In this document: in pieces, positions 24,348 through 33,338 of the stretch
Layout of the letters: every line of letters starts with the position of its first letter
How positions within the stretch are numbered: the first letter of the stretch is position 1
Source: a virus
Lineage: Duplodnaviria; Caudoviricetes
Length of the DNA: 36,370 bases
Reading direction: 5' to 3' (one strand)
IMG/VR virus record: IMGVR_UViG_3300020043_007103
Coordinates: 1 to 36,370 of that record
Made by a program: the position numbers and the translations under genes
The notes under the pieces: generated by a model
Databases searched by the model: none
What the model saw: only the letters and a program-made list of their open reading frames with translations
Told to the model about the DNA's origin: nothing

Positions 24348-25136
24348 ATGTCGTCCATCCCTGGAGGCTTTGTCCTCAAAGCTCGTTCCATAAAAAACAG
24401 TGTTATTGCTTCCGCTCCTCCCTATGTCCGGGAAATCTGGGACTGGCTTGTCCTTAACGCCAACCATAAAGATAAGAAATACGAAGGTTTCATCGTTAAA
24501 AGAGGTCAAATTTTCTGTAAATACAGCGATATTCGCGAAGCTCTCAGTTGGAAAGTTGGGTATCGAAAAATGATGTATCACGAAAATCACACGAAGCGTG
24601 CCATGAAATTCTTACGGGAGCACTCCATGATCGAACTGACGGTCGAACCACGTGGCAACCTAATTACTATCGTCAACTACGATAAATATCAGACTTCCGA
24701 AAACTACGAACGAACCGACGAGCGAACTCACGAGCGAACCAATGGCGAACCAATGGCGAACCAATCCCCCCCTCCTCCATTAACAAGAATGGAAGAATTA
24801 AAGAATGAAAGAAACTTATTACCTAGTGTGGGGGCTTCGCCCACCCCCGCCCAAGAAGCTCAAGAATTTTTCGAGAGCGAAGAAAAGCAACGGGCTTGTG
24901 TCGAAATGCTTGTCGCCAAAAGCCTCCCGGAAGAAACCGCTAAGAACGAAATACAAAAATTCATTCGTCATTGGACCGAACCGACGCATAGCGGTCGAAA
25001 GCAACGTTGGCAGACCGAGAGGACCTTCGAGGTGAAACGCCGTCTGATTACTTGGTTTAACAATGCAGCTAAATTTAATTCACGTGCTTCGCCGAAAGTT
25101 CGGACCGGAGCCGTAACGACTGACCCGAACTTATGA
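24348..25136 (+). CDS. Phage replication initiator protein
   Basis: WLVLNANH..VKRGQ..LITIVNYDKYQ N-terminal initiator pattern; internal iterons; KFIRHWTE..RW..TFEVKRRLITW C-terminus. Start moved to ATG 24348, downstream of the tRNA-like RNA. Confidence 0.8.
   Translation: MSSIPGGFVLKARSIKNSVIASAPPYVREIWDWLVLNANHKDKKYEGFIVKRGQIFCKYSDIREALSWKVGYRKMMYHENHTKRAMKFLREHSMIELTVEPRGNLITIVNYDKYQTSENYERTDERTHERTNGEPMANQSPPPPLTRMEELKNERNLLPSVGASPTPAQEAQEFFESEEKQRACVEMLVAKSLPEETAKNEIQKFIRHWTEPTHSGRKQRWQTERTFEVKRRLITWFNNAAKFNSRASPKVRTGAVTTDPNL
24706..24765 (+). repeat. Iteron-like direct repeats, putative replication origin
   Basis: Five 11-12 nt units: ACGAACGAACCG, ACGAGCGAACTC, ACGAGCGAACCA and ATGGCGAACCA twice, within the initiator linker as in lambda O. 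Confidence 0.7.
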
Positions 25137-25669
25137 GCCAAGAAATAAGCAACCCCGTTACGCATGCCATAATCTTCCACGACAAGACGCATAAACTCAT
25201 CACGACATCGCAATACAACTACATCCTGAGCAACACCGCGAACACGTACGTACAGACTCCTTCGCTTGGGTACTTCGCCCTTTCGTCGATCGCGCGCATT
25301 ATCGAAGTTGGAGACTTCTACGACCAATTCCCGGACAAAAAACCAAAGTATCTAAATTACACTCTGCCGCAGGAAGGCTTGCCACCCGAGAGGCCGGACA
25401 ACAGAACCCCTGAACAACGAGAAACAGCAGCAAAATGGGCGAGAAGCGAAATAATCCGAGGTCTGCAAGAATATTGCGATGAACATCCGAAGGCGAAGAA
25501 CGCTCGCGCCATTCTCAAAAGCATCCAAGGCGGGGGCGGCTCAAAGACCTATTGGGACGACGCTGTAGAAAAATATGCCGATCGAGTGCGGAATCCAAGC
25601 GAAGAAGCGCACTACCAATTCGCTTTAAAAAAACAACAACAAGAAAAACGTTTTTATCAACCAGCTTAA
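25133..25669 (+). CDS. Hypothetical protein coupled to the initiator
   Basis: ATGA overlap; 178 aa. Confidence 0.75.
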   Translation: MSQEISNPVTHAIIFHDKTHKLITTSQYNYILSNTANTYVQTPSLGYFALSSIARIIEVGDFYDQFPDKKPKYLNYTLPQEGLPPERPDNRTPEQRETAAKWARSEIIRGLQEYCDEHPKAKNARAILKSIQGGGGSKTYWDDAVEKYADRVRNPSEEAHYQFALKKQQQEKRFYQPA

Positions 25670-25687
25670 TCTAACCCAAGGAGGGCT

Positions 25688-25987
25688 ATGCACTCACAAA
25701 CACTCAAGCAAATCTTGTTAGACGAACTGAAAGTCAAACGCCTCATGTCCGTCGATGAGGTCATCCAGATTGCCGAAGATCATGGCTTCAAGGCCAGCAA
25801 CGCCGAACGCAGGTTGCGACGCGAAACGTGGTCAGACTTGCAACCGATCCGACGCCTGGGCGCCGATCGCAAACCAATCACGGGTAGCAAACGGATTTAT
25901 TACTACTCGTGGAAAGGCGCCCGGACGGTATGGCGAAAATTCGCTGATCAATTGCAGAAACGATCTAAGAAAAAATCCTATGTCTGA
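25688..25987 (+). CDS. Basic hypothetical protein, possible winged HTH
   Basis: 99 aa; ASNAERRLR helix. Confidence 0.65.
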   Translation: MHSQTLKQILLDELKVKRLMSVDEVIQIAEDHGFKASNAERRLRRETWSDLQPIRRLGADRKPITGSKRIYYYSWKGARTVWRKFADQLQKRSKKKSYV

Positions 25988-26051
25988 TCTTATTGTCATC
26001 ATCCTCGTTTGTGTCATCGCCGCTCTCCTCGGCTACCGAACGGCTTGTTAA
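25980..26051 (+). CDS. 23-aa hydrophobic peptide
   Basis: MSDLIVIILVCVIAALLGYRTAC fills the gap between two genes. Confidence 0.45.
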   Translation: MSDLIVIILVCVIAALLGYRTAC

Positions 26052-26057
26052 TCCCCT

Positions 26058-26399
26058 ATGCAACCCATACCAGAAAAAATCCGTAAGAAACTTTCCGGCA
26101 TGGAACACATGAGGTCCTGCGCCTGGTGTGGGCGGCAAAACAGACTGGAATGGAACCACGCCCTCATGTACTCGAACCGTCAGATTAACGAGTGGTATTC
26201 AATCATCGCACTATGCAACGATTGCCATCGAGGAGACTTCGGAACGATCAAAAAAGAAATACGTGACTATTGCACGCTCCTCGCTATCACCCGCGGTTTA
26301 CAGGATCTTGTAAAAAAATACCCTCGTCGTGACTGGGTTTGGGAAAAGAACTGGTTAGAACAGAAAGTTAAACGCTACATGTTCGATAAACAAATATGA
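26058..26399 (+). CDS. HNH-like zinc-binding endonuclease
   Basis: CAWCG..LEWNH..IIALCNDCH motif. Confidence 0.75.
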   Translation: MQPIPEKIRKKLSGMEHMRSCAWCGRQNRLEWNHALMYSNRQINEWYSIIALCNDCHRGDFGTIKKEIRDYCTLLAITRGLQDLVKKYPRRDWVWEKNWLEQKVKRYMFDKQI

Positions 26400-26632
26400 C
26401 CATCACCGACGCAGAATATCGCCGAATCGGACGCGGAATCGAAATACGTCGTTACCACATTACGAACGAATTGTTCCGTAAATTCCCCTACTCTCACTTT
26501 GACGAAGGAGCGGAAATAGCCAGAGATGAAATTACTAACGATCTTTATAAGCGATTGGATCGATCGATTACGGAAGAAGAGATGGATAAATTTAGAAAAC
26601 TTTATGTCAAACATCAACGAACACATACTTAG
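26396..26632 (+). CDS. Hypothetical protein
   Basis: ATGA overlap; 78 aa. Confidence 0.65.
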   Translation: MTITDAEYRRIGRGIEIRRYHITNELFRKFPYSHFDEGAEIARDEITNDLYKRLDRSITEEEMDKFRKLYVKHQRTHT

Positions 26633-26978
26633 AATCGTCGGCTCTCATCCCCTTTCCGGCCCGCTCGATGCCTCACACTATGCCCGAATACAGACTGAGA
26701 TTGCGATTGAATCAGTCGAGAAAAAAGATTTGCACGATGGAACATTCGACATGATCTACAAGGCCAAAGCTACCGCTGCAGTCGATGCAGAACAGCTCGG
26801 TAAGGTCGTCCGTGGCAAACCGCCTAAGCAATCTCAGAGTAAGAAGCTTCGAGCAAAAGTATACGGTCGTGGATATGAAGAAAGTGTTGCGGATAGCGAA
26901 CGACATTACGACGATTTCATGGAAAAATTACTAAGTAATTTCGATGTAGTTTATTCGATGTTGAAAAATAAATTATGA
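26604..26978 (+). CDS. Hypothetical protein
   Basis: Track ORF 26526..26978, start moved to T-ATG 26604. Confidence 0.7.
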   Translation: MSNINEHILRIVGSHPLSGPLDASHYARIQTEIAIESVEKKDLHDGTFDMIYKAKATAAVDAEQLGKVVRGKPPKQSQSKKLRAKVYGRGYEESVADSERHYDDFMEKLLSNFDVVYSMLKNKL

Positions 26979-27169
26979 AACAAGAAAAAAATTTCTGTGA
27001 TGAGTGTGGTGTTTTGTTGGGTAGTAATTCAGAAAATTTTGATTTAGGATTCCGTCGTCGAATTTCAGTAAATCAAGAAAAAAAAGAAGTGATCACTCTA
27101 AGCTTTTGCCTTGAACATGAAAATATATTTATTAAGAAATATATAGCTAAATATCTAATTGAAAAATAA
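26975..27169 (+). CDS. Small zinc-binding hypothetical protein
   Basis: CDECG...CLEH motif. Confidence 0.65.
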   Translation: MKQEKNFCDECGVLLGSNSENFDLGFRRRISVNQEKKEVITLSFCLEHENIFIKKYIAKYLIEK

Positions 27170-27200
27170 ATGAGATTAAGGAACTTTTACCGAGATAAAT

Positions 27201-27407
27201 ATGAAAAAACGAGAACAACTTAAAAAAGAAATAATTAACATTGAACATGAAATGGAAGGACGAGAAGATTGGGCAGGAATGGTATTAGATCTCGTTGTCT
27301 CAGCTTGTGAAGAAATTATTATGGAAACTGAAATTGTAGGTATTGCTTATAGTGATGCAGTCCAGGAAAAGATGTTAGAAAACCTTAAAAAACTTAAATC
27401 TAAGTGA
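27201..27407 (+). CDS. Hypothetical protein
   Basis: 68-aa ORF in a tightly packed operon. Confidence 0.65.
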   Translation: MKKREQLKKEIINIEHEMEGREDWAGMVLDLVVSACEEIIMETEIVGIAYSDAVQEKMLENLKKLKSK

Positions 27408-27408
27408 T

Positions 27409-27678
27409 ATGTCTGGCGGATCATACGACTACAAATTTAGTAGCTTAGAGGATTTGGCCCAAGATTTAGAGAACTATTCTGAAAACCGTTCTACGCAAGA
27501 AATCGATAAACCTTATTTCAAACAAATTAATCAATATCAGCCAACTCGCAACCGTCTCGCCAAAGCACTACGCAAACTAGCTGTGCAGTGTCGTGATGCA
27601 GAGTGGATAGATAGCGGGGATACTGGTGAAGAAGGTTGGAAAAAGATTGATAAATTTTTAACAAAACATAACTTTTAA
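27409..27678 (+). CDS. Hypothetical phage protein
   Basis: MSGGSYDY N-terminus and AEWIDSGD motif. Confidence 0.75.
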   Translation: MSGGSYDYKFSSLEDLAQDLENYSENRSTQEIDKPYFKQINQYQPTRNRLAKALRKLAVQCRDAEWIDSGDTGEEGWKKIDKFLTKHNF

Positions 27679-27683
27679 TTGAT

Positions 27684-28040
27684 ATGCAACCCGGACAATT
27701 CTTAGTTAATAGAAATAATGAAAAATTAAAAATACTTGATTTTAGCAAAAATGGGAACATCGTATTTTTCAAGAATGATTATGGGGTTTCTTTATGGAGG
27801 GCGTTGGATGAACTGAAGGAAGATGGCTGGTCCCTCCTCGAAGAGCCTTGGATGCCAAAAAGTGGTGATTACGTTTGGGTAGTAGAAGCAAATGGTCATA
27901 GAGTTGGACAGCAATGGGATAGTTTCGATGAGAAAGAAAAAGAATTTCTTATTAAAACTGGTAATCATTTTCGTACTTCCGATGACGCCGAACTCTACAA
28001 ACAGAAGCTGATTGAGGTGATGGGGAGGAAGGAAGGTTGA
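27684..28040 (+). CDS. Hypothetical phage protein
   Basis: WMPKSGDYVW..GNHFRTSDDAE pattern. Confidence 0.7.
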   Translation: MQPGQFLVNRNNEKLKILDFSKNGNIVFFKNDYGVSLWRALDELKEDGWSLLEEPWMPKSGDYVWVVEANGHRVGQQWDSFDEKEKEFLIKTGNHFRTSDDAELYKQKLIEVMGRKEG

Positions 28041-28096
28041 AAGGAAAGTGGGAATTTTATAATCGGTGAAATTCATTCTTGAACATCATAGAAAAT

Positions 28097-28354
28097 ATGG
28101 ATCAACCAACGATTAAGGAGAGGATTCAAGATCTATTTTGCGGAATCACAACATCAGAAAAACATCTTGATTGCATACACAGAAAAGATCTTAGAAATTT
28201 CGCCCGCCTCATTTGCGAGGAGATGACAGGAAAGCCGCAACCACTTTTTGATGAGAAAAAATATCATGAAGAAAATCTGATGATCTCAGGAAGAAACTCC
28301 CGAATAATTGAAGAGATAAAAAAAACCCAAGAAATTCTTAAAGCTTTAGAGTGA
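28097..28354 (+). CDS. Hypothetical protein
   Basis: Start moved to T-ATG 28097. Confidence 0.65.
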   Translation: MDQPTIKERIQDLFCGITTSEKHLDCIHRKDLRNFARLICEEMTGKPQPLFDEKKYHEENLMISGRNSRIIEEIKKTQEILKALE

Positions 28355-28355
28355 T

Positions 28356-28571
28356 ATGACTAAACAAGAATTTAAATCAGTTGATGGAATCACCCGCTTT
28401 GTAAAAAATAAACCATACACCACCTTACGATTTATTACTAAAGCTCATGGTGAGGTGGCGGAATTAACGTTTAATTTTCCAGTCCGTAGATGGGACAACG
28501 ACCTTCTTTATCGTCTTGGTTTAGCGTGGTTTGTCTTTAAGAGGAGTTTCCGTCTAATCTATAAACCGTAA
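28356..28571 (+). CDS. Hypothetical protein
   Basis: 71 aa; tight gene packing. Confidence 0.6.
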   Translation: MTKQEFKSVDGITRFVKNKPYTTLRFITKAHGEVAELTFNFPVRRWDNDLLYRLGLAWFVFKRSFRLIYKP

Positions 28572-28573
28572 CT

Positions 28574-28888
28574 ATGACCCCTCTCGAACAATTTAACGAG
28601 GAAGTAAAGAGAGAATTTACCTTGCTGATGAATGAAACAGTTGTCCAAGATCTTAAAGGATACGAATATGTAAGTAGTAGTTTTATCGAGGATTTCATCA
28701 CCCAAAAACTCGCCACCCACAAAGAACTGATCTTGAAGATGGTGAGGGAGAAGGCGCCGAATAAAAAGGTCGTCGGAGAAAATACTCATTGTCTAACGTG
28801 TAAAGGGCACATAGCCGCCGGAGAGTGTGATTGTAAAGGTTTTAACGAAGGTGTCCAAGAATTCTTAAATAACCTAGATACTCTATGA
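28574..28888 (+). CDS. Hypothetical protein with CxxC..CxC motif
   Basis: HCLTC..ECDCKGFNE. Confidence 0.7.
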   Translation: MTPLEQFNEEVKREFTLLMNETVVQDLKGYEYVSSSFIEDFITQKLATHKELILKMVREKAPNKKVVGENTHCLTCKGHIAAGECDCKGFNEGVQEFLNNLDTL

Positions 28889-29070
28889 TCGAATGTCGGT
28901 GTCATTGTCATGTAGATGTAACAAAATGTGGTTGTTGTTGTGGTGGTTGTCATTTTGAAGTGAGAGTATGTGAGCATTGTGATGAAGTTATAGCTAAGGC
29001 GAAGGAGGAGGGACGACGGGAAATTCTTAACTCACCCCCATCCCCTGCATCTGAGCAGAGGGAGGGATAA
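28885..29070 (+). CDS. Cys/His-rich small protein
   Basis: CRCHCH..CGCCCGGCH..CEHC. Confidence 0.6.
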   Translation: MIECRCHCHVDVTKCGCCCGGCHFEVRVCEHCDEVIAKAKEEGRREILNSPPSPASEQREG

Positions 29071-29516
29071 TGGAGAATGGTATGAATGACTATCCTACAA
29101 TCCAACAATTTCGCATTTGGAGCCCAGAAAAAAATGATTTTGTTTATAGTGGTGGCACACCCATGATGCTTTCCGGATTCTTTGAGCAGACAGCAACGCT
29201 CTATACAGTTCACAAAATTCCATACCAACGTAATACTAATCTCGTCGATCATGAGGGAAAGGAAGTTTATGAGGGTGATATAGTCGATGTGTTTCTAGCA
29301 GCTGAATACCAAGATTTTGAAAATGAAGAAGAGGATGATGGGTTTAATAAAAGAAATGCCTTTGTTTGTCGTCAGGAGGTAAAATGGAATGAAAATAGTG
29401 GTTATTTCTGCGATGAAGATACAGGGGAATATTGTCCCGCTTTAGGTGATGTTGATGATATAGTCGTGAAAGTTATCGGAAATATTCACGAACACCCATC
29501 ACTCCTAAAATCCTAA
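29070..29516 (+). CDS. YopX family protein
   Basis: FRIW..TNLVDHEGKEVYEGDIV..VIGNIHEHPSLL; alternative start at 29082. Confidence 0.9.
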   Translation: MENGMNDYPTIQQFRIWSPEKNDFVYSGGTPMMLSGFFEQTATLYTVHKIPYQRNTNLVDHEGKEVYEGDIVDVFLAAEYQDFENEEEDDGFNKRNAFVCRQEVKWNENSGYFCDEDTGEYCPALGDVDDIVVKVIGNIHEHPSLLKS

Positions 29517-29517
29517 T

Positions 29518-29658
29518 ATGCTCACTAACTTCCACTACGAACGCAAAGAAACAAATAGCTGTCCTTCCCCAGATAATCCCTGTTTCTGTTCGTGCCATCC
29601 TGACAGTGAGTGTCTAGATTGTTTAAGTGGGTTACATATTCCAAAATTCTATGAATAA
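29518..29658 (+). CDS. 46-aa Cys-rich peptide
   Basis: MLTNFHYERKETNSCPSPDNPCFCSCHPDSECLDCLSGLHIPKFYE. Confidence 0.55.
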   Translation: MLTNFHYERKETNSCPSPDNPCFCSCHPDSECLDCLSGLHIPKFYE

Positions 29659-30007
29659 CCCCCACTACGAATCCGTGCGCGCTAAGGTGATTGCCGCCTG
29701 CTCAGATTACGTTAATGAAGAAAAAAAATTTAAAGAATTCATGAGTGGTATAAACTCCTTACCCTGTGATGCAGAAGAAGCCTTTGGAGAAATTCCTGAC
29801 GGGCCAGCTCTCCGTCTAAGCCATGTTTTAAGAGCTCTAGCACAAAAAGATAACGGTTTTGAGCTAAACAATCATCGTGGTGATCGTATGCACTTAGTCT
29901 CTATTACCGATTTTGCGACTGGAGAAAGTCCAGATTGGAACCTAGAACTCGATCTCGCTCAACAAGACCCCTCTGTCTGGGAGGCCTTGGATAAGATGTT
30001 AACTTAA
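29651..30007 (+). CDS. Hypothetical protein
   Basis: Start moved to T-ATG 29651; LSHVLRAL..WNL..DL..Q pattern. Confidence 0.7.
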   Translation: MNNPHYESVRAKVIAACSDYVNEEKKFKEFMSGINSLPCDAEEAFGEIPDGPALRLSHVLRALAQKDNGFELNNHRGDRMHLVSITDFATGESPDWNLELDLAQQDPSVWEALDKMLT

Positions 30008-30012
30008 ATTTT

Positions 30013-30456
30013 ATGGAACTCGAAAAACAAGTCGTAAGTTTAGAGAATGCTAAACGGCTAAAAGAACTTAATGCACACCAAGCAGGAAGCCGTTTTTATT
30101 GGTATGGGAGTACTGAGCCATCTACACTTTGGTATTATGCTTTTCTCGCCGATCATCCAGATTTTAACCAAAATGAAATATATTCTGCCTTCACTGTCGC
30201 TGAATTGGGCGAGATGCTTCCCGTTGAAATTATTAGTGATGAAGGGGTGAGATACGATTTGAATATTTGGAAGTCAAAAGAGGGGTGGAACGTGGCTTAT
30301 TGGTGGGATGAGGATAATAGGCGGATAGTAAAAACAATGAGCATTACATTTAACGAGAAAAATCTAGCAGACGCAATGGCAAGAACTCTTATTTCACTCA
30401 TTGAACAGGATCTGTATGACCCCCAAAACATCCAAAAAACACAAACAACGGTTTGA
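30013..30456 (+). CDS. Hypothetical phage protein
   Basis: QVVSLENAKRLKEL..SAFTVAELGEMLP..ADAMA. Confidence 0.8.
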   Translation: MELEKQVVSLENAKRLKELNAHQAGSRFYWYGSTEPSTLWYYAFLADHPDFNQNEIYSAFTVAELGEMLPVEIISDEGVRYDLNIWKSKEGWNVAYWWDEDNRRIVKTMSITFNEKNLADAMARTLISLIEQDLYDPQNIQKTQTTV

Positions 30457-30607
30457 GCATAAATTACTTTCGATTAGACTTTGGGAACAAGTGCTAAAAT
30501 CGTTAGAAAATTACGAAAGCCAGGGCTATGAGCTTATTTCAATTGATCCGGTAACGATTGAAGACGGCCCTACTTGGTGGAAATTATTCTTTAAACGTCC
30601 GGTATGA
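30416..30607 (+). CDS. Small hypothetical protein
   Basis: FEHK..LENYESQGYELISI..FFKRP; start moved to 30416. Confidence 0.65.
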   Translation: MTPKTSKKHKQRFEHKLLSIRLWEQVLKSLENYESQGYELISIDPVTIEDGPTWWKLFFKRPV

Positions 30608-30990
30608 GACAACCAAAACCATTTTATGAAAAAATAGGCAGGAGAATACGAGAACGACGCGAAGCGCTAGGCATGACCATGGATCAGCTAAACAAGGCGG
30701 CTGGTTTGGAGCTTTCCCGTAGTTCGATTTCATATATTGAACTGGGTCAGCAGGAAATATCTGGTTGGCAAATTAGAAGTATCTGTTCTGTCTTGGGAGT
30801 AAAGATTGATGAGCTGCTCTCGGATGAGGAGATGCCACATGATGATAGTATAAAGATAGTCGAAAATGGCGATGTCTTCTCGATAATAAAAAATATAGAT
30901 TCTACCTCCGAACAAAAGATGATCTTATCACGGACGGATCTCCTAGATTTTTATATTAAGATACAGGAAATCTTAAAACGTCCGGTATGA
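30604..30990 (+). CDS. XRE/Cro-CI family HTH regulator
   Basis: IGRRIRERREALGMTMDQL..SRSSISYIELG..I..VLGV...ELL. Confidence 0.9.
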   Translation: MRQPKPFYEKIGRRIRERREALGMTMDQLNKAAGLELSRSSISYIELGQQEISGWQIRSICSVLGVKIDELLSDEEMPHDDSIKIVENGDVFSIIKNIDSTSEQKMILSRTDLLDFYIKIQEILKRPV

Positions 30991-31193
30991 GCGAAGACAT
31001 GAAAAAATTAAAGGAGGAGATAACATCTGACTTATGTCGTCTTGGGGATACTCTTAATCCAAACGAAGCAATTAAAAATATTGAGAATAAAATCTTTTCA
31101 GCAGGTCGTTTAAATCATAATCCTATTGATCTAAATGCCCTAACAGAGGCAAAAACATTATTTAGGATATTAAAGAGAATTGATTGTCTATGA
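30987..31193 (+). CDS. Hypothetical protein
   Basis: ATGA overlap. Confidence 0.6.
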   Translation: MSEDMKKLKEEITSDLCRLGDTLNPNEAIKNIENKIFSAGRLNHNPIDLNALTEAKTLFRILKRIDCL

Positions 31194-31432
31194 CCCACCA
31201 ACCACAACAAGAACCATGGAAATGCTATATCGCGATTGAAGGCGCAGGCGCAGAAGAATTGTTTTGTGCTGGGCCCGAAGACTTACGAGATTATTTTTTC
31301 AAGGAATGGGCTAATATTCAGCCACAGGATATAAAGGCCATAAAATTTACTCGTGTTACCGAACGTGATGAGCTTGGTTTAGCCACAAAATGGGAGGAAC
31401 ACAAAGAGAATTTTGACTTAAGAAGGGAATAG
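31190..31432 (+). CDS. Hypothetical protein
   Basis: ATGA overlap at 31190. Confidence 0.65.
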   Translation: MTHQPQQEPWKCYIAIEGAGAEELFCAGPEDLRDYFFKEWANIQPQDIKAIKFTRVTERDELGLATKWEEHKENFDLRRE

Positions 31433-31433
31433 T

Positions 31434-31778
31434 ATGCAACAATTTTTCACGCCCGAGATGTGCCAGCACCTCACCTCCCTCGTACCGGGGTTTGAGGGGC
31501 ATCACATGTACTCGCCAACAGGCGGACTATATTGTCGTGAAATGAGATATCCTTGTCCGGACGGAGTTTATAGAATCGTCTCAAAGGCGACATCCTGCAT
31601 TCCCGCTTGGCAGGTGGAGGATGTGTTGAGACATCTACCTCTTTTAAGACCGAAGAAACTTGTAAATCATGAAAAAATTCTCAACGAGATCGTGAAAGAG
31701 ATCTTTAAGATATTATCTTCAAATTCCGACACCGCCTACCAAAAGATTGAGGAGTATTTGTGGAGTGTGTTGAAGTAA
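31434..31778 (+). CDS. Hypothetical protein
   Basis: 114 aa; IPAWQVEDVLRHLP. Confidence 0.65.
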   Translation: MQQFFTPEMCQHLTSLVPGFEGHHMYSPTGGLYCREMRYPCPDGVYRIVSKATSCIPAWQVEDVLRHLPLLRPKKLVNHEKILNEIVKEIFKILSSNSDTAYQKIEEYLWSVLK

Positions 31779-31788
31779 ATTAGTCACT

Positions 31789-31956
31789 ATGAATTCATCA
31801 GTAAGAAAATTCTTGGCCGGTTGGTTAACATTGGTATTAGCTGCAGCGCCACTATTCATCGTGTACGGAGAAGAAACAATCAGCAAAATAGCGTTAGTCT
31901 TTTATCTAACCTGTGCTGCCATGCTTATCTTCCAAACCCGTAAGGAGGCCCTATGA
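31789..31956 (+). CDS. 55-aa two-TM protein
   Basis: MNSSVRKFLAGWLTLVLAAAPLFIVYGEETISKIALVFYLTCAAMLIFQTRKEAL; ATGA overlap with the next gene. Confidence 0.6.
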   Translation: MNSSVRKFLAGWLTLVLAAAPLFIVYGEETISKIALVFYLTCAAMLIFQTRKEAL

Positions 31957-32189
31957 TGTTGCCATTCGTCCCGAAGCTGAACTGCCCGACCTGTAAACGC
32001 GAACAGCCGTTCTTACTCGTCATGGGTCAGGAACGATGGGGGCTTAACGGCTATGAGCACAAGATGCGCTGTACCGAGTGTAGTAAGATCTTCTTCGTGA
32101 GCTTGAAGATCATGTCGCAATTCAAGACACCAGTTGAATTGTACGAAGAAAGGAATAGCCGGACGTTCAGTCCTGACGGGACGTGTTAG
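31953..32189 (+). CDS. Zinc-ribbon protein
   Basis: CPTC...CTEC. Confidence 0.7.
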   Translation: MMLPFVPKLNCPTCKREQPFLLVMGQERWGLNGYEHKMRCTECSKIFFVSLKIMSQFKTPVELYEERNSRTFSPDGTC

Positions 32190-32196
32190 CTTTTTT

Positions 32197-32215
32197 GGGG
32201 AGTAATCCCCTTTTT
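32197..32215 (+). terminator. Intrinsic terminator
   Basis: GGGGA-GTAA-TCCCC followed by TTTTT. Confidence 0.6.
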
Positions 32216-32225
32216 AAACCTATGT

Positions 32226-32369
32226 ATGCTACACTTATTTCACGATTGGATGGCGGTCAAGACAATTAATCTTGATGAAGAACCGCCAAAGATAGAAGTG
32301 ACATATCGATGTCTTAAATGTAAGAAGGAGAAAAAGAAAGTTTTTTTACGCCATAGCAATCGCGGATAA
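32226..32369 (+). CDS. 47-aa HxxH..CxxC peptide
   Basis: MLHLFHDWMAVKTINLDEEPPKIEVTYRCLKCKKEKKKVFLRHSNRG. Confidence 0.5.
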   Translation: MLHLFHDWMAVKTINLDEEPPKIEVTYRCLKCKKEKKKVFLRHSNRG

Positions 32370-32374
32370 TCATT

Positions 32375-32794
32375 ATGATTGAAACTATTTTAGGTGGTAT
32401 AGTAGTCCTCGCCCTGTTTCTCTTTACGGTGTATGGATTACCGAAATTTGGTTATCGAATGAGAGGAAAAAGAATTTCAAAAATTATTCTTTTAAGTGGA
32501 AATTCCAGTATAAAATACGATGCTAAGGATGGAATTTTAGAAATAAATGGCTGTACAGCAGTTGCGGAAATGGGGGAAATGACAATCGACCCAGAAACAA
32601 CTACACCAGCTTGGGAAGGAAGAAAAGAAGAAATTCGCGGGCTTAAACCATCACGTATGGATTTGGATTTACCTTGTAACTGTAATGATTGCAAAAACTA
32701 TAAAGGATTAATAATCTCAACAAAAGAACCAATTGATTTTACTGGTAAAATAACGGGTGGTCATGGTGGTTCAGAAACAAAAAACAGGCTGTAG
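32375..32794 (+). CDS. Membrane-anchored hypothetical protein
   Basis: N-terminal TM segment; CNCNDC motif. Confidence 0.65.
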   Translation: MIETILGGIVVLALFLFTVYGLPKFGYRMRGKRISKIILLSGNSSIKYDAKDGILEINGCTAVAEMGEMTIDPETTTPAWEGRKEEIRGLKPSRMDLDLPCNCNDCKNYKGLIISTKEPIDFTGKITGGHGGSETKNRL

Positions 32795-32804
32795 GGCCTG
32801 TTTT
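32781..32804. terminator. Bidirectional terminator where the two arms converge
   Basis: AAAACAGGC-TGTAGG-GCCTGTTTT. Confidence 0.7.
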
Positions 32805-32807
32805 ACG

Positions 32808-33338
32808 TTACGGCGTGCAGCCGAAGAGCCAGGAGCTCACGAACATGTTCTTGGCGTCGCTGCCGTTGTAGGTCATGATCGGGAGCGGCGCGAGCAGGAC
32901 GCCGTCGAGCCGGATCTCGGCGACCTCGTTGTCACCGGGCGTCTGACCGGGCAGTCCGGCCACCATGCCGTTCGGGAGCGCGAACTTCATCTCCATGCCC
33001 TGCGGATAGACCCCGGTCGGGAGCATGACGCCATCGAGCGCCTTGGCGTTCGTGAACGTCAGGCCGCAGACAGCCGAACCGGGCACCGTAAAGGTCAGCC
33101 CGGTGGCCTTCGAGACGCCGGTGACGTACTTGTAACCGGGATCACCGGCGGGAAGTCCGGGGCCGTAGTAGCCCGCGTAGACCGTGATGCCGTCGATGCG
33201 GGGCTTGATCTCGACAGTGACGCTGGTCGGGGTGAGCGCCTTCACGCTCGAAGAGGTGGTCGGTGGAAGGGCGGTTTCGGCTCCGCAACCCGCCATGACG
33301 GCGGTACAGAGCAGGAACGAGGCAACAAGTCTTCGCAT
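32808..33338 (-). CDS. High-GC lipoprotein moron
   Basis: MRRLVASFLLCTAVMAG-C lipobox; AGGAG 7 nt upstream of the ATG; sampled lines are 65-75% GC. Confidence 0.8.
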   Translation of the reverse strand: MRRLVASFLLCTAVMAGCGAETALPPTTSSSVKALTPTSVTVEIKPRIDGITVYAGYYGPGLPAGDPGYKYVTGVSKATGLTFTVPGSAVCGLTFTNAKALDGVMLPTGVYPQGMEMKFALPNGMVAGLPGQTPGDNEVAEIRLDGVLLAPLPIMTYNGSDAKNMFVSSWLFGCTP

